Source of the DNA: Gemmatimonadota bacterium
GTDB lineage: Bacteria; Gemmatimonadota; Gemmatimonadetes; Palauibacterales; Palauibacteraceae
DNA: 64,000 nt
Direction of reading: 5' to 3'
NCBI GenBank assembly: GCA_029262175.1
Contig: JAJCZV010000099.1
Location: 35,561-99,560 of the forward strand
How positions within the stretch are numbered: the stretch's first letter is position 1; every line of letters begins with the position of its first letter. The notes beneath the pieces are model-generated. The model was not told where the DNA came from, did no database searches, and worked only from the letters and a program-made list of their open reading frames with translations. Shown here one piece after another: positions 58,893-64,000 of the stretch. A program made the translations under genes and the position numbers.

Positions 58893-61312
58893 TGGAGCCC
58901 GATCACGCGCTTTCGGTCTTGGAGTTTGGTCGCGTGCTGGATGTCGTCGCTAAACGCGCCGTAAGTGAAGCGGGAGCTGCAGACGTGCGGGGACTCCGTC
59001 CCCTCGGAAGCCGGGCGCTGGCTGCGAGGACCCTCGAAGCCGTGGACGAGCTTCAAGCACAACTGACCGGAGCCGACCGGTGGAATCTCGAGGCCTTCCC
59101 GGACTTGGCCGGGACTCTTCGAAAACTCTCGATCCCCGACGCGTCGCTGGAAGCACAAGCCCTGGTGGACTGTGCTGCCGTCATGGCGACCGCCCGCAGC
59201 GCCAAGTCGCTGGAACGACAGCTGTCGCCGGACGGCATCGCCGGGAAGTGGGTGGCTCAGTTATGGGGCGACGTCGATCTCGAGAAACGGATCGCTCGAA
59301 CGTTCGATGAATCCGGAGCCGTGGCCGATCGAGCCTCACCGGAACTAAAGCGGATCCGCCGCAGTCTCGTGGACGGCCGCGCGCGCTTGGTAGAGCGACT
59401 GGATCGCTACGCGAGGGAGCTTCCAGAGCGGGTTCGCGTGCCGGACGCTTCGGTCACGGTGCGTAACGGGCGCTACTGCGTGCCGTTACGCCGAGAGGGG
59501 AAGGGGGCCGTAGGGGGGCTCGTCCACGATGCCTCGGCGAGCCGACAGACGCTGTTCGTCGAGCCGACGATCGCGATCGAAGCGATGAACGAGATCCGCG
59601 AGCTGGAAATCGCGGAGGTCAGGGAAGTGATGCGGATCCTGAGAGCGCTCTCAGGTGAGGTGAGCGCCGTGGTCCGAGAGCTTGCCGGCTCTTACGAGGC
59701 TCTCGTTCAACTCGACTCGTTGCGAGCACGAGCCCGGGTTGCTCAGGAGCTCGGTGCCTCGTCGCCCGATCTTTTCGAGGGAGCGGGGCCGATCGAGATG
59801 CGCGGTGCGCGACACCCGCTCCTGGCGCTCATGGGAGACGGAGCCGTTCCCTTCGATCTGGTGCTTGCCCCGAACGAACGCGTGCTGCTGGTGTCGGGGC
59901 CCAACGCCGGTGGAAAGACCGTGCTTCTAAAAGCGTTCGGGCTGACGGCGGCGCTCGCGCAAAGCGGCGTGGTGCCTCCGGTCGCGCCGGGAACAAGGCT
60001 ACCGTTCTTTCGTCGGCTCTTCGCAGTGATCGGAGACGAACAATCCATCGACGCCTCTCTGTCGACCTTTGGGGCGCAAGCGAAGAACCTCGCCGAGATT
60101 CTTATCGAGTCGACGGCAGAGGACCTGGTGCTCATCGATGAGATCGGAAGCGCGACCGATCCCGCAGAGGGCGGTGCGCTGGCGGCTGCAACCCTCACGC
60201 GCTTGTCCACGCAGGCCCGACTCACGATCGCGACGACGCACCTGGGCGATCTCAAACGTTTGGAGGACGAGGGTGCCGCCACCGTAAATGCGTCGCTCCA
60301 GTTTGACTCCGAGCGTTTGGAACCGACGTATCGCCTGGTTCGGGATCGACCGGGTCGGAGCTATGCCCTTGTGATCGCGGCTCGTCTCGGCGTGCCGGAG
60401 GATGTCCTCGCCGATGCCAGAGCCCGCCTCGACGCCGAACACGTATCGCTCGATACACTGCTCGAGCGACTCGAGGGGGAGCGGATCGAGGTCGAGGGCC
60501 TTCGAGAGCAACTGGAGGAGCGCGCGGACCGCTTGCGAGACAGAGAGAACTCACTCGTCGAACGCGAGACGCGGGTGGCGGCCGAAGTTCGCGCGGCGAC
60601 CCGCGAGCGCGAAGAGGCTCGCAATCAGGCCCTGAAGGAGGCGCGCGCGACGATCGCCGAGACGATCGATGCGCTCGAGGTTCGTTATGGGGAACGGGAC
60701 AGCGAGTCGCGCGCGGAGGCCAAGCGCTCGGCCAGAGGAACCGTCGAGCGCGCCATCCGCGAATCGGGCGCGGCGCTCGCCGGGCTGCAGGAGGTCCCAT
60801 CTCCCGCAGGCGACGCATCGACGCCTCGCGTCGGCGAAACCGTGCGATGGCACGACTCCAAGCGCTCGGGGGTATTGGTGGAAATCCGAGGCGATCGCGG
60901 CGTGGTGTCGGTCGACGGTCTTCGACTCAAGGTTCCGCTCAGCGACCTCTTGGCGCATCCTATGAGCGTCGGCGCGCGGCAGGAGGAGACGGTGCGTCCC
61001 GTCAAGCCCCGATCTCGATCGGGCACTACGCTCGGGCCGGAGTTCGTCGTTTCGACGGAAGTCGACTTGCGCGGTCTCCGAGTGGACGAGGTCGAGGCCG
61101 TGTTGTTCCCGGCGCTGGACGCGGCCGTGGTCGCGGAGTTGCCCTGGCTTCGGATCATACACGGAAAGGGAACCGGGGCACTGAGAGAGGTTGTACAGGA
61201 GTTGCTGTCCGCCGACGGAAGGATCCCGTCCTTCCGACCCGGCGAATCGAACGAGGGAGGTACCGGCGTCACAGTGGTGGACTTTGAAGAACGCGACGCA
61301 AGTGAATCGTAA
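58889..61312 (+). CDS. mutS2: Endonuclease MutS2 (MutS domain plus C-terminal Smr)
   Basis: Walker A VSGPNAGGKTVLLK. DEIGSATDP. C-terminal Smr (DLRGLRVDEVEAVLFPALDAA...IIHGKGTGALR). ATGA overlap with rsmE. Confidence 0.9.
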   Translation: MMEPDHALSVLEFGRVLDVVAKRAVSEAGAADVRGLRPLGSRALAARTLEAVDELQAQLTGADRWNLEAFPDLAGTLRKLSIPDASLEAQALVDCAAVMATARSAKSLERQLSPDGIAGKWVAQLWGDVDLEKRIARTFDESGAVADRASPELKRIRRSLVDGRARLVERLDRYARELPERVRVPDASVTVRNGRYCVPLRREGKGAVGGLVHDASASRQTLFVEPTIAIEAMNEIRELEIAEVREVMRILRALSGEVSAVVRELAGSYEALVQLDSLRARARVAQELGASSPDLFEGAGPIEMRGARHPLLALMGDGAVPFDLVLAPNERVLLVSGPNAGGKTVLLKAFGLTAALAQSGVVPPVAPGTRLPFFRRLFAVIGDEQSIDASLSTFGAQAKNLAEILIESTAEDLVLIDEIGSATDPAEGGALAAATLTRLSTQARLTIATTHLGDLKRLEDEGAATVNASLQFDSERLEPTYRLVRDRPGRSYALVIAARLGVPEDVLADARARLDAEHVSLDTLLERLEGERIEVEGLREQLEERADRLRDRENSLVERETRVAAEVRAATREREEARNQALKEARATIAETIDALEVRYGERDSESRAEAKRSARGTVERAIRESGAALAGLQEVPSPAGDASTPRVGETVRWHDSKRSGVLVEIRGDRGVVSVDGLRLKVPLSDLLAHPMSVGARQEETVRPVKPRSRSGTTLGPEFVVSTEVDLRGLRVDEVEAVLFPALDAAVVAELPWLRIIHGKGTGALREVVQELLSADGRIPSFRPGESNEGGTGVTVVDFEERDASES

Positions 61313-61330
61313 CCGCGTGGTTCGCTCGAC

Positions 61331-63145
61331 ATGGTAGGCGATCATCTCGTAGAGGAAATCCGCGCACGCGCGGACGTGGTCGAGTTGATTGGCGAGTACG
61401 TCTCGCTCAAGCGGTCGGGCAAGAGCTACCGGGGACCGTGTCCTCTCCACGGAGGCGACGGCGCCAATTTCTCCGTCGACCCCGACCGCCAAATTTTCAA
61501 ATGCTTTGTTTGCGGCGAGGCCGGAGACGTCTTTGGCTTCCTGATGAAGCACCTCGGCATGACCTTCCCCGAAGTCGTCCGCCTCGTGGGGGCGCGCGTG
61601 GGGATAGAAGTACCCGATCGGGAAGAGCGTCGGGAAGACCCCTACGCGCCTCTGCGCAGCGCGCTCGCGTTCGCCGCCGAGTGGTACGAGGCGCAGTTGG
61701 CGGGACCGCTCGGCGCGTCTGCTCGAGAATACCTCGAACGTCGGGGCCTCACGTCCGAGGATGCGACACAATTCGGCATCGGGTTTGCCCCCGATGACTG
61801 GCGGGCTCTCCGGACCGCGGCGCTCGCAACCGGGATCGAGGAGCGGGTCCTGCTCGAGCTCGGTCTCCTGGCGACCAGTGAGCGCGCGGAAGAATCCTAC
61901 GACCGGTTCCGCGGCCGTCTGATCTTCGCGATTAGAGATCTGCGAGATCGCCCCATCGCGTTTGGCGCGCGAATCCTCGACGCCCGATCTGACGCTCCGA
62001 AATATCTCAACTCACCCGAGTCACCGGTCTTTCACAAAGGTGAGGAACTCTATGGCCTCAACTGGGCCCGGCACTCGATCCGGCGGGAGGAGCGCGCCGC
62101 GATCGTGGAAGGTTTTACCGATGTCATCGCACTTCATCGAGCGGGCCTACCGTTTGCGGTCGCCGGACTCGGCACCTCGTTTACTCGCGATCAGGCCCAG
62201 CGTCTGGCTCGTTACACCAAGCGCGCGTACCTGCTTTACGACAGCGACGGCCCGGGGCTCCGCGCCACCTTCCGGACGGGAGACATCCTTTTGTCGGCGG
62301 GGGTCCACCCGCTGGTCGTAACGCTGCCTGAAGGAGAGGACCCGGATTCGTTGATTCGAAGCGGAGGGCCGGAAAAGATGCACGCGCTGTTTGATGATGC
62401 TGTCGATCTCCTGGAGCGAAAGCTTCAAATCCTTCGTCGAGAGGGGTATCTCGATCGGATCGAGGGAAAGCGGCGGGCGGTCGATGGGCTGATGAGTACC
62501 CTCCGCGCTGCGAGCGATCCCGCGCTCCGCGACCTCTACCTGGATCAAACGGTCAAGGAACTGGGGGTCCTTCGAGAAACCCTCGTACACGACATCGCCA
62601 GCGCTCCCCGTCCGGGGACGGTCGCTCGTCCCGTGTCGCGCCCCACACGAGGGGTCCCGGAGGTGGGTGGGTCCATGGCTCGCGGCGAGCGAAACTTGGT
62701 CCTGCTTTTGGTGAGAGATCCGGAGTTGGTGCGGCGCGCGATTCGACTGGGGCTGGAGCCGAAGCATTTTGGCGATTCGAATGCACGCGAGGTGTTCGAA
62801 GCGATTTCGATGGCGGCTGATGGAGGCGAGGAGCTCGACGATTGGTCATCGCTCTCCGCCGACGCCAAAGCGTTCGTGGAGCAATTGTTGGAGACCTCCG
62901 AGGAGGTTGGTGAACCCGTTGCGGTCTTCGAAGCCTTTGCTCGGCGGCTGCGCTACGGAGGTCATCACGATCGGCGCGGCGCCATCGATCAAGAGATGGA
63001 GCTTGCGGAATACGATCATCAACGTCGATTGTTGCAGGAGAAGCAGGAAGTGACCGCCGAGCTTCGTCAGGCTGGGGACAGCGCCAGCTTCATCCCAGGT
63101 CGGGGTTCCAGGCGACCAGGTTCGGATCGGCAGCGCAGCACGTAG
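61331..63145 (+). CDS. dnaG: DNA primase
   Basis: CHC2 zinc finger CPLHGGDGANFSV...FKCFVCGEAGDV. TOPRIM EGFTDVIALH, DSDGPG. Confidence 0.9.
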   Translation: MVGDHLVEEIRARADVVELIGEYVSLKRSGKSYRGPCPLHGGDGANFSVDPDRQIFKCFVCGEAGDVFGFLMKHLGMTFPEVVRLVGARVGIEVPDREERREDPYAPLRSALAFAAEWYEAQLAGPLGASAREYLERRGLTSEDATQFGIGFAPDDWRALRTAALATGIEERVLLELGLLATSERAEESYDRFRGRLIFAIRDLRDRPIAFGARILDARSDAPKYLNSPESPVFHKGEELYGLNWARHSIRREERAAIVEGFTDVIALHRAGLPFAVAGLGTSFTRDQAQRLARYTKRAYLLYDSDGPGLRATFRTGDILLSAGVHPLVVTLPEGEDPDSLIRSGGPEKMHALFDDAVDLLERKLQILRREGYLDRIEGKRRAVDGLMSTLRAASDPALRDLYLDQTVKELGVLRETLVHDIASAPRPGTVARPVSRPTRGVPEVGGSMARGERNLVLLLVRDPELVRRAIRLGLEPKHFGDSNAREVFEAISMAADGGEELDDWSSLSADAKAFVEQLLETSEEVGEPVAVFEAFARRLRYGGHHDRRGAIDQEMELAEYDHQRRLLQEKQEVTAELRQAGDSASFIPGRGSRRPGSDRQRST

Positions 63146-63181
63146 GTTGGTTTGAAGGTTCAAAGTCTAGCGGGAGAGAGA

Positions 63182-63904
63182 ATGGAAGCTACTGATACCG
63201 TCGGAGAGTTGATCGTACTACAGGAGATCGACCTCGAAATCATCAGGATCAGGAGCGAGCTCGGCGCGCTCGAGGAAGAAATCGAGGGGCTCGTAACAAC
63301 GGTCGAAGAGTTCCAGGAACGAGAAGCGAAAGTCCAAGCGAAGCTCGCAGAGGCGGACGAGCGAGTACGACGCTACCAGCGTTCGGTCGAGGCCGGGCGT
63401 GACATTCTCAAGAGACTCGAGACGCGCTCATCGGCGGTCGAAAACATGCAGCAGCACTTTGCGGTGAGAAGCGAGACGGATACGGCGAGAAGAAATCTGA
63501 AGAGCGCCGAAGACGATCAGCTTTCCGCGATGCAAGAGGTCGAGACGTTCAAGGCCGATCTTGCCGAGATCACGGCCGAACTCGACGCGGCCCAGGCTGG
63601 GCTGGCGACGCGAACCGCTGAGGTCAAGAAGTCTCGGAAGAGCTTGGAGGGCGAGCTAGACTCGCACACCTCCACCAAAGAGACGCAAGAAGAGCGACTG
63701 GATGGGAAGTCGCTTCGGCTTTACCGCACGGTCAGCAATGGTCGAACCGAGTCGGCGCTGGCCAGCCTCACGAGTGACGGGTGTTGCGGACGTTGTTATA
63801 CGGCCGTCCCCAAACAGCGACAAGCGGATATTCGGGCCGGGCGAGCGCTCGCCATCTGCGAGGGGTGCGGCGTGATCCTCTACCCCGAGGTTTCCGACGC
63901 TTAG
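63182..63904 (+). CDS. Coiled-coil protein with C-terminal C4 zinc-ribbon (COG1579-like)
   Basis: Long heptad-rich region, then CCGRCYTAVPKQ...CEGCGVILY. RBS ggagagag upstream of the internal Met. Confidence 0.6.
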   Translation: MEATDTVGELIVLQEIDLEIIRIRSELGALEEEIEGLVTTVEEFQEREAKVQAKLAEADERVRRYQRSVEAGRDILKRLETRSSAVENMQQHFAVRSETDTARRNLKSAEDDQLSAMQEVETFKADLAEITAELDAAQAGLATRTAEVKKSRKSLEGELDSHTSTKETQEERLDGKSLRLYRTVSNGRTESALASLTSDGCCGRCYTAVPKQRQADIRAGRALAICEGCGVILYPEVSDA

Positions 63905-64000
63905 CGCGGCCCCTACAGCGCCCCCGACAACGCCGCCGCCTCTTCGTACGAGTGCGGACAGGCGCTGGGGCGAGCCCGCGGAGAGTTCGCGCGATGAAGC

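Noticed and set aside
1-64000. CRISPR arrays, transposases, integrases, phage genes, toxin-antitoxin pairs
   Set aside because: No regularly spaced direct repeats and no IS, integrase or phage-like proteins were found in the six-frame translations. The window looks like core chromosome.

Overview
This is a high-GC (about 65-70% by eye) bacterial chromosomal segment that is densely coding on both strands. No rRNA, tRNA, CRISPR array, transposase or integrase was recognised. The content is mostly housekeeping and core metabolism:
- Methionine/one-carbon cluster: metH, a YitJ-like HMT-MTHFR fusion, a second MetF-like reductase, and mtnA.
- NHEJ pair: ligD and ku, flanked by DinB/YfiT-family proteins.
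- Translation and replication block: rpmE-prfA-prmC, then obg-dprA-hemW-hrcA-dnaJ, and rsmE-mutS2-dnaG.
- Pentose-phosphate operon: tkt-rpiB-tal-pgl.
- Phosphatidylinositol operon: YlbF-like, CDP-alcohol phosphatidyltransferase, inositol-3-phosphate synthase.
- Several secreted or envelope proteases (two S9, S41, M23, a penicillin-acylase family enzyme).
- A tightly coupled NSAR/OSBS-GNAT-S9 peptidase-SDR operon.
The two observations that most merit follow-up are (i) a 5' leader element in front of metH whose sequence matches the conserved SAM-II riboswitch motifs, and (ii) the NSAR-GNAT-acylaminoacyl-peptidase-like-SDR operon, which could be an N-acyl amino acid or N-acyl peptide processing pathway. 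All functions are inferred from motifs I recognised by eye in the supplied translations. No database search was run. Coordinates follow the ORF track (stop codon included), with starts adjusted where an internal start and gene overlap made biological sense.
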